NCBI GenBank assembly: GCA_041662245.1 | Contig: JBAZSW010000002.1 | Coordinates: 89,017 to 153,016, forward strand | From: Parcubacteria group bacterium | GTDB taxonomy: Bacteria; Patescibacteriota; Minisyncoccia; Moranbacterales; UBA9337 | Direction: 5' to 3' | Length of the DNA stretch: 64,000 nt | Shown: positions 19,301-30,000 of the stretch, piece after piece | How positions within the stretch are numbered: position 1 is the first letter of the stretch | Layout: each line of letters opens with the position of its first letter | The notes under the pieces: generated by a model | What the model was told of the DNA's origin: nothing | The model's input: the letters and a program-made list of their open reading frames with translations, nothing else | Database searches by the model: none | Translations under genes and position numbers: made by a program

Positions 19301-22300
19301 TAAAATATATACGCCGAATAATACGACGACAGAGAGTAATAATTTGCAACGGCATAGTGGAAAGTGGGATGATGGAAAATATAAATTATCTTTACCAGGA
19401 ACTCTTAGTGGAATTACGATAAACATTGGATATATAAAAATAGACGGCATACAGCTCAAATATACCAACTCTACGGTTACAGCTCGCAGAGGAATATCTG
19501 TCAATGGTGAAAAAGGAACATCGGTGTGGATATCAAATTGTATTTTACAAGGCGTGATATCCGGAGCTATTACCAACGTAGAAGGTGTTATGTTTGAATA
19601 TAGTACTACTGGAAATAGAACAGCCTATTTTTGGAATAATATCATTTACGGTTTTATAAATGATAGTAACGATATATACGGTATTTATTCTAGAGCTCCT
19701 TGGAAAGTTTATGCCTATAATAACACTTTGTATAATAATTATAAGGGACTCTATGCCGAAGTGAGCAATCTTGTTTTGGCGAAAAATAATACTGTCTATA
19801 ACAATACTTCCTATGATTATTCCGGCACATTTGATGCATCCTCAACCAATAATATTTCTAAAGATGCCACCTCACCCAATGCCGGTGCCACTGATTGCGG
19901 TGGCCATAGTTGCAGGAGTCAAACTGTAGCTTTCATTTCCACTACCTCTGGCGCGGAAGATTTTCATCTAGCTTCCACTGACACGGCCGCCAGAAATTCT
20001 GGGGCGGATCTGAGTACTGATGCCAATCTGTTAGTTGCGACTGATATTGATGGCAATGCGCGTCCGGCATCCGCTGGGTTTGACATTGGCGCGGATGAAG
20101 CGGCCGCCCAGATTTTCTATTCCGTCGGTCAAAACACTACTGATCACAAAACTGGTTCGCCGACCGTGACAGTCAGCGGTACGACCGCCACTTTTTCGGT
20201 TGCGCAAACCGCGACCAATATGGGTGTAGGGGATTTGGTGACTTATACGGGTGGCACGTGTTATATTTCTGCTAAAACTTCTACCACCGTTTGGTCCTGT
20301 CTTAGTGTGACGGGTGGCGCGCCGACCGCTGCCACTAATGCAAGTGTCACCAGCATCGCACATGCCTTTGCATCACTGGAAGGCACGGTAGATGCCGGCA
20401 CTGCTTCGGGCGCTTTTGATGCAACGCATTTGAATACTAAAGATTTGGTGGCGGGAAATTATCAGCTCAATGTTCCTTGCTATTATGACAGCGGAGCGGA
20501 CACTACGGCTGTCACCGTGCAATCTTGGACCACCGGATTTTATAATTATCTTAGGATTTATACGCCCGTAAGTACGACCAGCGAAGTTAACCAATCACAG
20601 AGGCATGGAGGGAAGTGGGATGATGGGAAATATAGCTTACAGCCACCTTTAGGCACCAATACTGTGTTAAATTTATCTACAAGCAATGTTGATATAGATG
20701 GAATTCAAATAAAACATTCAAAAAGTGATGGAAGCGGTGCTACTACCATAAAAACATATTATGGAGAAATAAAAAATAACATTATAGTTGAAGTCGGAAC
20801 TTCTGTTGGATATGCCATAGGTAATTGGAGGGCCAATACATTAATTTATAACAATATAATTTATGGAATAAGTGGTTCTCCGAGAGTCGGTATTAGTGCT
20901 CAAAACGGACAACTTTTTTATGCTTATAATAATACTATTTATGGTTTATCTGTAGGCTTGGGTATATCCTGGGGTCATATAATTGCCAAAAACAACGTCG
21001 CCTACAATAATGTTACAGATTATTCAGGTACTTTCGAAGTATCTTCCACCAACAATCTTTCCAAAGATGGTACAGCCCCGCCATTTAATACATATTACAC
21101 CAATAAAACTTTGGCTTTCACCAATGTCACTTCCGGCGCCGAAGATTTTCATTTAGTCACTACTGATACGGATTCGATCAATAAAGGTGCGGATTTATCC
21201 GCTGATACCAGTTTATCTTTTACTACCGACATCGACGGCGCGCCGAGGAATGCCGCCATCAACGCGTGGGACATCGGGGCGGATGAAACTGCTACCCAAA
21301 TTTTCCGTAGCGTCGCTCCCAGTGCCACGGCGGTTTTGGAAAGTGACACATCACATGCTCGCACGGTAACGCTTACCAGCGGAGTCGCCACTTTTAGTAA
21401 TGCTCTCTCTGACACTATCGGCGTAGGGGATGCTGTTTTGATTGACACCGGTGGCACGGATCAAACCATTGATGCGTCAGACACGATATTATTCATTAGT
21501 AGCAGAAATAGTGCTACCAGCTACACCCTACAAGCTAACAATGGCTCCGTACCCAGCGACATCGCTATCAATGATACTTATAGCATTTATCGCGCCTACA
21601 CCAGTTTGAGCTTGGCCGAAGCGGGGACGAAGAATGCGAGCATTCCGATGACTTTCAACGGTGGGGACAGAAATCTTTTCACCAATAATGAGCAATGGAA
21701 CATTGCGGCTTATGCTAATGGTACGACGGCAGATACGACAGCGGTGGCAGTCAGTGGATGGACGACTGCGCAACAGGATTTTATTAAAGTTTATACTCCT
21801 GTAAGTACTACTGAAGTAGGGACCAGTCAAAGGCACGCAGGGAAATGGGACAGCGGGAAATATAGGTTGGAAGTTGACGCTACTTATGTAACCATTCTTG
21901 ATTCTATTGATAATAATGTTGTAATAGATGGTTTACAGATAAAGTTCATTGCGACTAATTATAGTCAGGCTGGTCTTCGAATAAGAGGAAAGAATAATTA
22001 TATTTCAAATAACATTATTCAAGGGGCTATATCCGGTTCGGCCAGCAATAATTATGCAATATATCCGTATTATGTTTCCAACCCAAGCAATATGTACATA
22101 TGGAACAATATTGTTTATGGATTCAATTCTTCAGGTGGTGCCGGAATTTCCTTGGCTTATACGAATAATATTTATTTATATAATAATACTCTATATGGCA
22201 ATGCATCTGGTATAAAGGTTCCCATTAGCAGTAGCGCTATTGCAAAAAATAATATTGCTTACAACAATGGTACGGATTATGTAACAAGCGGTACCGGATA

Positions 22301-25300
22301 TTTCAATTCTGCTTCCACCAATAATCTTTCCAAGGATGCCACGGCGCCGGCGTATAATACTTATTATGTAAATAAGACGTTGGATTTCATCGACACTGCC
22401 AACAAAGATTTTCACCTATCTCAAACTGATACAGCGGCGCGAGGTGTGGGTGCCAATTTAAGTGATGATGCCGCGTTCAGTGTAGAGACGCGATTAATCG
22501 CGTCTTTACGGCAGGATATTGACGGACAAATGCGAAATCCTGCGGGTGCGGGTTGGGACATCGGGGCCGACGAAGGCACGGTGGAATTTGCGCCAACCGT
22601 GATGCAAACAGGCGGGGATTATTCGTCGCTCAATTCTTGGAATGTGGGCGTGGCGTCCAATCTCACCGCTGCCACGACTCGAGTTTTCGCGCACGGCGGC
22701 AAAACAGGCACCATCGCTGACAACGCCAGTGTGACGGGCCTCACCAGCAATGCCACAGCGACTGTGGTGCATGCCAGTGCTACGCAAATTCTTCTGGAAA
22801 ATATCAGTGGCACTTTTCAAACGGGTGAAACCGTCCAAGTCACGGCCGGTAACAGCGTGGTCATCGCCGACAACGGCAATCCCGCTTCGGCCGTGGCCAA
22901 GATTGATGGAGCGTGGACGAGTGCGGATACGACAGCGGTAACGATTAATGGTTTCACCACCGGCGCTGATGATTATGTTAGGATATACACGACACCAATA
23001 GCGCGGCATCAGGGAAAGTGGGATGATGGAAAATATAGATTGGAAATATCCAATGCAAATATTATTTATAGTTACATGAGCTATGTAAGAATAGACGGCT
23101 TACAAATTGAAGCTACGCGTGATGGCTCTACTGCAATAGGAATACGACTAAGTACATCTGCTGGAGCAGGTGACTTTAATGTTTCAGGTTGTATTTTTAA
23201 GGGCATAAATAATTCAACCGGAACTCATTATGGATTATACATAACCAATAGTTTAGTAAATTTATATATTTGGAATAACATCATTTATGGTTTTCAAAGT
23301 ATAGGAATGTTTTTAAATGCTTCCAACGCATTTGTTTATAATAATTCTGTCAATAATAATGTTACGGGAATATATAGAAATAATGGAAGAGTAGTTTCTA
23401 AGAACAATATTTCATATAGTAATACTACCAAGGATTATGATGGCAGTTTTGATGCGTCTTCTACTAATAATCTTTCTTCCGACGCCACCTCCCCCAACTC
23501 CGGCGCCACCGATTGCGGTGGACATAGTTGTCGTAATCAAACTGTAGCTTTTATTTCCACCACTTCCGGTTCCGAAGACTTTCATCTCTCATCGAGTGAT
23601 ACGGCGGCCAAAGACAGCGGAATAGACTTAAGCGGCGACGCTAATTTGAGATTCACCACTGACATTGATGTTGCCTCGCGCCAAGCCAACAAGTGGGACA
23701 TCGGGGCGGATGAATTTTGGGAGGCGCAAACGGGTGGATCGGTTGGCGGCGCGTCAGCCATCACCACGCCGGCCGTGGCGGATTATGATTTCAATGAAGG
23801 CTTTGGCAGCTTGGCACACAACGCCGGCTCGGGCGGGGCGACTTTGAACGGCACGCTGAATGCCGGCGGGATTGGTACTAATCCAACCACCACGGCCATG
23901 TGGGACAAAGGCGGGAAATTCGGCGGGGCGATAGAGTTTGATGGAACGGATGATTATGTGAGCGCGACACAAAATGGGACAGCCTTAACGCAACTGTCTG
24001 TTTCTTTTTGGCTGAAATCCAATTCAACGCCGACTTCTGACAAAGGGGTTTTTCAATGGGTCAATATCTTGTCCGCTCCAAACCCATTCATAGCAATATC
24101 TAGAACGGCCAATACAAATAATTACAGATTTTTTATTGACGGCAATGATAGAGTGACAACAGCTATGGTCAATAATTCTTGGTATTTCGTTTCTCTTGTT
24201 CTTAATTCCAGCAATTTGTGGACAGTCTATATAAATGGGACATCTGTTGGCACATATCAAGATGATGCCACCCATGCCTATCAAGCATCGGCAAATAGTG
24301 TATATTTTGGTAATGATTTTTTTGGATACCTAGATGGTTTAATGGACGATGCCAAGATTTTCAACTACGCTCTCTCGGATTCGCAGATTAAAACTCTCTA
24401 CAACAACAACTCCGCCTTGAGCGCGGGCAATGATGCCAGTCGCAATAACAACGGCACAACTGTGACGGGAACGGCCAAAGATTATTGCATCCCAGGAGAC
24501 ACCGCGCAGTGCGACAAACCTGTCGGGGAATGGAAGATGGATGAAAAAGTGGCGGGTGATGCCAAAACGATTTATGACACGAGCGGCAACGGCAATGACG
24601 GCACGACACACTGGGGTGCGAATGCGAGCGGGATGGATTGCTCTGTGCCCGGCAAATTTGGTTCGGGTTGTGGATTTGATGGGGTGGATGATTATGTCTC
24701 AGTGGCCAATAATAGTGTCTTGGATATTGCAGATAATGGTAATTTTAGTTTCGGAGGATGGTTTAAAATATCTTCTAACACCGGAGACGCCGAACAACCT
24801 ATTATTTCTAAAAGAAATTCTAATACCGGTCCAAATTATCAAGGTTATGAATTATTTATTAAGTCAGATAATACGATTGATTGCCTGATTCAGCAAAATG
24901 GCTCTAATTCTTCAGATATTTGGTCGACAACTACTTATAATGATGGTAAATGGCATTATGCCGAATGTGTTCTCACTTCTGGCGTTTCAAATAAATTATT
25001 TGTAGATGGGATTAATGTTGCTTCAGATGTTACGAGTATACCATCGACAGGGTTTTCTAATAGTCAACCATTAACATTCGGCATATCCTCCAATTATAGT
25101 CCGTGGAATTTTTCTGGTTCAATCGACCAAGTCCAAATCTTTAACTACGCCCGCACGCCGGCGCAGATCGCGTGGGATTTCAACAAAGGCGGACCAATCG
25201 CCGAGTGGCGCCTCAATGAATGTACGGGTGCGACGGTGCATGACGAAACAACCAATGGCAACAACGGCACCATCAATTTGGGCACGAGTGGCACGCAAAC

Positions 25301-25925
25301 GACTGCGATTGGTAATGGTACTTGCTCAGCCTCTGCCAGTACTCCTTGGTACAACGGCCGCACCGGCAAATATAACGCTTCTTTGAATTTTGATGGAACG
25401 GATGATTATGTTAGTGCCAATAGCACTATTTCTTCTGGCACGGCTGGTAGTACGGTGGTGTGGATAAAGCCATCTGGCTCATATACTAATTCGCAGTGTC
25501 CCGTAGGGGGGATAGGTGCTGGGGGTGCCAGCTATCAATCACGCTATTTGATTTGCGCGATTTATAATGCTGTTTGTGGAGACAGTAGTTGGAGTGCGTG
25601 GATTGGCAATGGGACCACCTATCAATATGCTTGTTCGACGCAAGTTTATAATTCGACTAATTTTCCGGCTGGGGTTTGGACACAGTTGATTGCAACCTAT
25701 GATGGTACGAATATAAAATTATATAAAGATGGTATTTTGGTAAAAACAGTGGCACAGACAGTCAGTGGGGCCGGTGACGCTCAACCATTTTCCATCGGTC
25801 GCTTAGGTGGTTACAATGGCGGACGTTTCAATGGTCAAATCGACAACGTTAAAATTTTCAACTACGCGCTGACCCCGTTACAAGTTCAGGCTGAATATAA
25901 TAACGGCGCTAGTGTGGGATTTTGA
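16365..25925 (+). CDS. Giant secreted modular protein 2 (3186 aa): 6 scaffold/beta-helix modules, 3 LamG-like domains
   Basis: Same signal peptide and WDIGADE-terminated modules as 5008-12540. Three FDG.DDYV...FNYA LamG-like units from ~23780. Confidence 0.85.
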   Translation: MSKFQKLLLILVFTIIGLSSATFASAASNVYYSVGQSTADLKNGTPNVSITSGVATLSVAQTGNIGVGDVIVANAISYYISSRSSQSVWNVVTNTGATPTNITSTAVTSIKHVYPSLSAAVTGASTLLGSSNLTTADVVLNILCYYDSGADTTAVTVSGYTTDATRYIKIYTPSNTSTEANNSQRHSGKWDASKYRLEVSAATALSNSNLYTVIEGLQIYETPNAHDQSAIYSTTSSTIKGNICKGDATNSTYRQHGINILSTNGNTIYIENNVVYNFSRIYSSGILMNSGYPIFYALNNTVYNNYNGIYNSGVDTAKYIKNNISMGSSGFNFAGTFDSNASNNVSYDATAPGTGSLTNQSLAQVAFISTVSGNEDFHLQPSSVAKNIGVDLSSYFTTDIDGATRNTAINAWDIGADEAATQIFRSVGPSATAVLESDTSHARTVTLTSGVATFSAALADNIGVGDAVLIDTGGTDQTIDASDTILFISSRNSATSYTLQANNGSVPSDIAVNDTYSIYRAYTSLSLAEAGTKNTSIPITFNGGNRDLATNNEQWNLACYANGTTADTTAARIDSWTTDTTRFIKIYTPVTTAEVGISQRHSGKWDTSKYRLETGTGASSLRVTQNYTVVQGLQVYNSSTVNEENGISLDAYRNHMTARDNIVKGGYTGISTGSQSSSDGNNYIINNIVYGAYRTGINANNPVSTNPNFVYNNSVSGCNVGVVEYGYGITASAEGIVENNISINLGGYGTYKKDFAATIQSYNISQDTSATGTGSLTGKTNTDVKFVSIISGAEELHLQAGSVAKNVGADLSGTFTTDIDGQTRSASLGWDIGADEAANAVYYSVGQSTANLMTGTPNVAITAGVATFDVAQTGNIGVGDVIVANAISYYIASKTSTTVWNVVTVTGATPTDITSTAVTSIKHVYTSLNSAAAGAGTLLGTTDLYTNNYQINIPCYYDSAADTTAVTISGYTTAMPNYIKIYTPNNTTTESNNLQRHSGKWDDGKYKLSLPGTLSGITINIGYIKIDGIQLKYTNSTVTARRGISVNGEKGTSVWISNCILQGVISGAITNVEGVMFEYSTTGNRTAYFWNNIIYGFINDSNDIYGIYSRAPWKVYAYNNTLYNNYKGLYAEVSNLVLAKNNTVYNNTSYDYSGTFDASSTNNISKDATSPNAGATDCGGHSCRSQTVAFISTTSGAEDFHLASTDTAARNSGADLSTDANLLVATDIDGNARPASAGFDIGADEAAAQIFYSVGQNTTDHKTGSPTVTVSGTTATFSVAQTATNMGVGDLVTYTGGTCYISAKTSTTVWSCLSVTGGAPTAATNASVTSIAHAFASLEGTVDAGTASGAFDATHLNTKDLVAGNYQLNVPCYYDSGADTTAVTVQSWTTGFYNYLRIYTPVSTTSEVNQSQRHGGKWDDGKYSLQPPLGTNTVLNLSTSNVDIDGIQIKHSKSDGSGATTIKTYYGEIKNNIIVEVGTSVGYAIGNWRANTLIYNNIIYGISGSPRVGISAQNGQLFYAYNNTIYGLSVGLGISWGHIIAKNNVAYNNVTDYSGTFEVSSTNNLSKDGTAPPFNTYYTNKTLAFTNVTSGAEDFHLVTTDTDSINKGADLSADTSLSFTTDIDGAPRNAAINAWDIGADETATQIFRSVAPSATAVLESDTSHARTVTLTSGVATFSNALSDTIGVGDAVLIDTGGTDQTIDASDTILFISSRNSATSYTLQANNGSVPSDIAINDTYSIYRAYTSLSLAEAGTKNASIPMTFNGGDRNLFTNNEQWNIAAYANGTTADTTAVAVSGWTTAQQDFIKVYTPVSTTEVGTSQRHAGKWDSGKYRLEVDATYVTILDSIDNNVVIDGLQIKFIATNYSQAGLRIRGKNNYISNNIIQGAISGSASNNYAIYPYYVSNPSNMYIWNNIVYGFNSSGGAGISLAYTNNIYLYNNTLYGNASGIKVPISSSAIAKNNIAYNNGTDYVTSGTGYFNSASTNNLSKDATAPAYNTYYVNKTLDFIDTANKDFHLSQTDTAARGVGANLSDDAAFSVETRLIASLRQDIDGQMRNPAGAGWDIGADEGTVEFAPTVMQTGGDYSSLNSWNVGVASNLTAATTRVFAHGGKTGTIADNASVTGLTSNATATVVHASATQILLENISGTFQTGETVQVTAGNSVVIADNGNPASAVAKIDGAWTSADTTAVTINGFTTGADDYVRIYTTPIARHQGKWDDGKYRLEISNANIIYSYMSYVRIDGLQIEATRDGSTAIGIRLSTSAGAGDFNVSGCIFKGINNSTGTHYGLYITNSLVNLYIWNNIIYGFQSIGMFLNASNAFVYNNSVNNNVTGIYRNNGRVVSKNNISYSNTTKDYDGSFDASSTNNLSSDATSPNSGATDCGGHSCRNQTVAFISTTSGSEDFHLSSSDTAAKDSGIDLSGDANLRFTTDIDVASRQANKWDIGADEFWEAQTGGSVGGASAITTPAVADYDFNEGFGSLAHNAGSGGATLNGTLNAGGIGTNPTTTAMWDKGGKFGGAIEFDGTDDYVSATQNGTALTQLSVSFWLKSNSTPTSDKGVFQWVNILSAPNPFIAISRTANTNNYRFFIDGNDRVTTAMVNNSWYFVSLVLNSSNLWTVYINGTSVGTYQDDATHAYQASANSVYFGNDFFGYLDGLMDDAKIFNYALSDSQIKTLYNNNSALSAGNDASRNNNGTTVTGTAKDYCIPGDTAQCDKPVGEWKMDEKVAGDAKTIYDTSGNGNDGTTHWGANASGMDCSVPGKFGSGCGFDGVDDYVSVANNSVLDIADNGNFSFGGWFKISSNTGDAEQPIISKRNSNTGPNYQGYELFIKSDNTIDCLIQQNGSNSSDIWSTTTYNDGKWHYAECVLTSGVSNKLFVDGINVASDVTSIPSTGFSNSQPLTFGISSNYSPWNFSGSIDQVQIFNYARTPAQIAWDFNKGGPIAEWRLNECTGATVHDETTNGNNGTINLGTSGTQTTAIGNGTCSASASTPWYNGRTGKYNASLNFDGTDDYVSANSTISSGTAGSTVVWIKPSGSYTNSQCPVGGIGAGGASYQSRYLICAIYNAVCGDSSWSAWIGNGTTYQYACSTQVYNSTNFPAGVWTQLIATYDGTNIKLYKDGILVKTVAQTVSGAGDAQPFSIGRLGGYNGGRFNGQIDNVKIFNYALTPLQVQAEYNNGASVGF
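22482..22509 (+). repeat. GTAG-family REP inserted in frame in giant protein 2
   Basis: GTAGAGACGCGATTAATCGCGTCTTTAC, read as VETRLIASLR, where sibling modules read F(T/A)TDIDG. Confidence 0.85.
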
Positions 25926-25929
25926 GGAT

Positions 25930-26045
25930 GAATTTTTAATTTTTACATTTTTAATTTTTAAATAATGCTCAAATTTCTAATTTTTCAAAATTAAAACATT
26001 TAGATTTATTTATAAAATTACAAAAATTACAAAATTAAAAATTCT
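25930..26045. repeat. AT-rich inverted-repeat element (second copy ~26860-26975)
   Basis: aatttttaattttt.catttttaatttttaaataa arm pairs with ttatttataaaattacaaaaattacaaaattaaaaatt. The two copies flank the 187-aa gene. Confidence 0.75.
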
Positions 26046-26167
26046 ACAAGCTGTGATTTAAAAGAGAGATGCGCAAAGTAGCCGATGACTGTTGATTGAT
26101 GATGAATTACTCATCTTTTATGATATAATGAAATAGTAAATCAATAATAATTTAACTTAAAAAATCT

Positions 26168-26731
26168 ATGAAAATACTAAGAAAAATCGCTCAAGCTTGG
26201 AGACTAATCTTGTTTATCATCGGGGTCATTATCCTCGTGGCTGGACTGCTTTGGGGCATCTTTTGGGGAGTAAATAAACTATTCTTCCACGGCAAACTAG
26301 GCAATAACGGAGAGATTAAAACCTATCAAGTCTTGGTTTCCATCCATGACAATACTATGCCCGATCCCGCCGAAGACAAAAAAACTTCTATTAAAAAAGG
26401 CTATGCTCTCGGACTCTATCCCGAAGACCACCAGTGGTCCGATACCGAAAAAGTCAGCTTTTTAATCTTAAAGATGAAACTCAATGAAACGGAGGCAACC
26501 GATCTGATGGCTCCTGTTGAAAAAGATATCAACATCAAAACCTTGCCTAAAGAAGAACAAGACCGATTGAAAAAGGAAAAAGACGCTCCACCACAAAAAG
26601 AAACCCTCGCCGCCAGAAAGTATAAGATTAATCTAGAAAAAATCAATTTCTCCGACCCCAACTCACTTCTTAAAGGTCAACCGTTTACGGACAAGGTTTT
26701 CGGGTGGGAGATTGTGGAGAAGATAAAATAA
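26168..26731 (+). CDS. Membrane-anchored hypothetical protein
   Basis: N-terminal hydrophobic helix (LILFIIGVIILVAGLLWGIFWGV); no family recognised with certainty. Confidence 0.75.
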   Translation: MKILRKIAQAWRLILFIIGVIILVAGLLWGIFWGVNKLFFHGKLGNNGEIKTYQVLVSIHDNTMPDPAEDKKTSIKKGYALGLYPEDHQWSDTEKVSFLILKMKLNETEATDLMAPVEKDINIKTLPKEEQDRLKKEKDAPPQKETLAARKYKINLEKINFSDPNSLLKGQPFTDKVFGWEIVEKIK

Positions 26732-27096
26732 TAATCAACACTCAATAACCAATACTCATTCAATATCCGATAAATTAACATTCAATTGAACATTTTGATA
26801 GTGATTATTGAATGAATATTGAGTATTTAATATAACAATGAAGCAGTGGGATTCTGATAATAATTTTTAATTTTTATATTTTTAATTTTTAAATAATGCT
26901 CAAATTTCTAATTTTTAAAAATTAAGAATTCAGATTTATTTATAAAATTACAAAAATTACAAAATTAAAAATTCTATAAACTGTGATTTAGAAGAGAGAT
27001 GCACAAAATTTGTAGAGTCTGCATATTGCAAAATTAAAAAATTCAGATTTATTTACAAAAATTAAAAATTCTAAAAATTACAAAATTAAATTCATA

Positions 27097-30000
27097 ATGT
27101 CCAAATTTCAAAAACTATTATTAATCCTAGTATTCACGATAATCGGACTTTCTTCCGCCTCTTTGGCGTCGGCCGCCACTCAGATTTACCGCTCGGTCGC
27201 TTCCGGTGTCACGGCAACTTTGGCGACAGATAGTTCGCACGCCAACACGGTGACAGTTACTTCTGGCACCGCTACTTTTTCAGCTGCACTTCCTGACAAT
27301 ATCGGAGTTGGAGATGCAGTTCTCATAGATACAGGAGGGACAGATCAAACTATCGACGCTTCGGACACTTTGTTATTCATCCACGCCCGTGCCAGTTCTA
27401 CCAGTTATACGCTCAAAACTCATACAGGTGCTACTCCATCGGATATTTCTATCAACGACACTTATAGTATTTATCGCGCTTACACTTCTCTTTCCAATGC
27501 CGAAGCGGGGACAAAAAACACCAATATTCCGATTACGTTTAATGGTGGCGATAGAAATCTGGTGACCAATGATGAAGTTTGGAACTTCGCTTGTTATGCG
27601 GCTGGGACGACGGCGGATACGGCGATGACTACTATCGATAGTTGGACGACGGACTCGACGCGGTATATGAGAATTTACACTCCTGTAAGCACGACTGAAG
27701 TAGGGACGAGTCAACGGCACAGTGGGAAGTGGGATGAGAGTAAATACTATATAAGTATTGGGAATAATTCAGCAGGAATATATTACAATATAAAATATTT
27801 AGTAATTGATGGAATACAAATTAAAGTTACTTCTTCTGACAGTTCTGGTTCCGTAGGAATCCAAGCTTATAACAGCTCGATAGTGGCGGGGGGAGAAATA
27901 ACTATAAAAAATAATATTGTTCGAGGTCAACTCAGCGGGACTGATCCTGGGAGCGCCGGTATCGCAACCAGTGGCTATTCTCCTAATAGCGGAGTGATTA
28001 AAATTTTCAATAATATAGTGTATGATTTTGCCAGAGTAACCGGTACTCCTCAAGCTATTTTTTTTGGAGCTGGCGATCACTATATCTATAACAATACAAT
28101 CATTAATTGTTATGGTGGTCTTTATAAAAATGGAGGAAGCTCCGCTGCTGTGGCAAAAAATAATATTGTCAAAGGAGCCACCGATGCTTATTATGGAACT
28201 TTTACTACGGGAACAGATTATAATGCTACTGATGGGACAGATGATATCGGCACAGGATCAAATAATAAAATTTCTCAAACTTTTTCTTTCATTGACGAAA
28301 CTAATGATGATTTTCATCTTTCCTCCACTGACACGGCCGCGCGAAATTCTGGTATTGATTTAGCAACCGATACTTATTCGCCTTTTGCCACTGATATCGA
28401 CGGCGCGGGCCGAAGTGCGACGGTGAATGCGTGGGACATCGGGGCGGATGAAACCGCTACGCAAATATTCCGCTCGGTCGGACCAAGCGCCACAGCAGTT
28501 TTGGAAAGTGACACATCGCACGCTCGCACAGTGACGCTCACTAGTGGCGTGGCGACTTTCAGTGTGGCTCTGGCTGACGATATTGGAGTGGGGGATGCAG
28601 TTTTGATTGACACAGGCGGAACAAGTAACGCCATTGATGCATCCGATACAATATTATTTATCAGTGCCCGCAATTCTTCTACCAGCTACAATCTACAAAC
28701 TCACACAGGAGCTGCTCCCAGCGACATTACTATCAATGATACATACAGTATTTATCGTGCCTATACCAGTTTGAGTTTGGCCGAAGCGGGGACGAAAAAT
28801 ACTTCCATTCCGATAACTTTCAATGGTGGTAATCGCGATTTAGTGACCAACAATGAAGAGTGGAATCTAGCTTGTTATGCTAATGGAGTGACAGCGGATA
28901 CGACCAGTGTAACAGTGGCTGGTTGGACCACTGCACAACAGGATTTTATTAAAATTTATACTCCCGTAACCACAACCGAAGTGGGGACGAGTCAACGGCA
29001 CGGGGGGAAGTGGGATATGGGAAAATATAACTTAACTGTAGATAGCGGTAGTTGGAGAGCAATAACCAACGAAGTTTCATATATGACTATAAATGGTCTG
29101 CAAATATCTAAGGATTGCCAAAATAATAATGATAGCAATGCCGTTCGTGATCAGGGTGTAGGTGGACTTGTAAATATTTCCAATAATATAATTAAAGAAA
29201 CTTCAACTAATTCACTTACTGCCTCGCAGGGAGTTCGAAAACATTGGGGATCGGGAACAGTTTTGATTTGGAATAATATTATTTACGGATGGCATGGCAC
29301 GGGTAATTACGTATCAGGAATAGTTAATGCTAGTGCTTCTGCTGCTTATCTATATGGATACAACAACACTATTTATGACTGCAATATAGGCATTAGAAGA
29401 GATACGGGAACAATTATTGCTAAAAACAATATTACCCAAAATTGCACTGATGGTTATAGTGGGACTTTTGATTCTTCTTCCGACTATAACATTTCCGACC
29501 TCGCCTCTGATAACACGGGTGGGGCGCATGACAAACAAGCTACCGTGGCTTTCGCTGACACGGCCAACAAAGATTTCCACCTCGCTCCCACCGACACGCA
29601 AGCTAAAAATTCCGGTGCGGATTTGAGCGCGGATGCTAATTTGCCTTTTACCACTGATATTGATGGCCAGACCAGAAGCGCCACTCCTGGGTGGGACATC
29701 GGCGCAGACGAAGCGGCCAACGCGGTCTATTATTCTGTTGGCCAATCCACCGCGGATTTGAAAACAGGCTCGCCTAATGTCGCCATCACTGCTGGCGTGG
29801 CCACTTTTGACGTGGCGCAAACAGGGAACATTGGCGTGGGGGATGTGGTGGTGGCGAATGCCATTTCTTATTATATATCGAGTAAAACCTCCACTACCGT
29901 GTGGAATGTGGTCACAGTCACGGGAGCCACGCCCACCAACATCACTTCCACGGCGGTTACTTCGATAAAACATGTTTACACTTCTTTGAATTCTGCTGTT

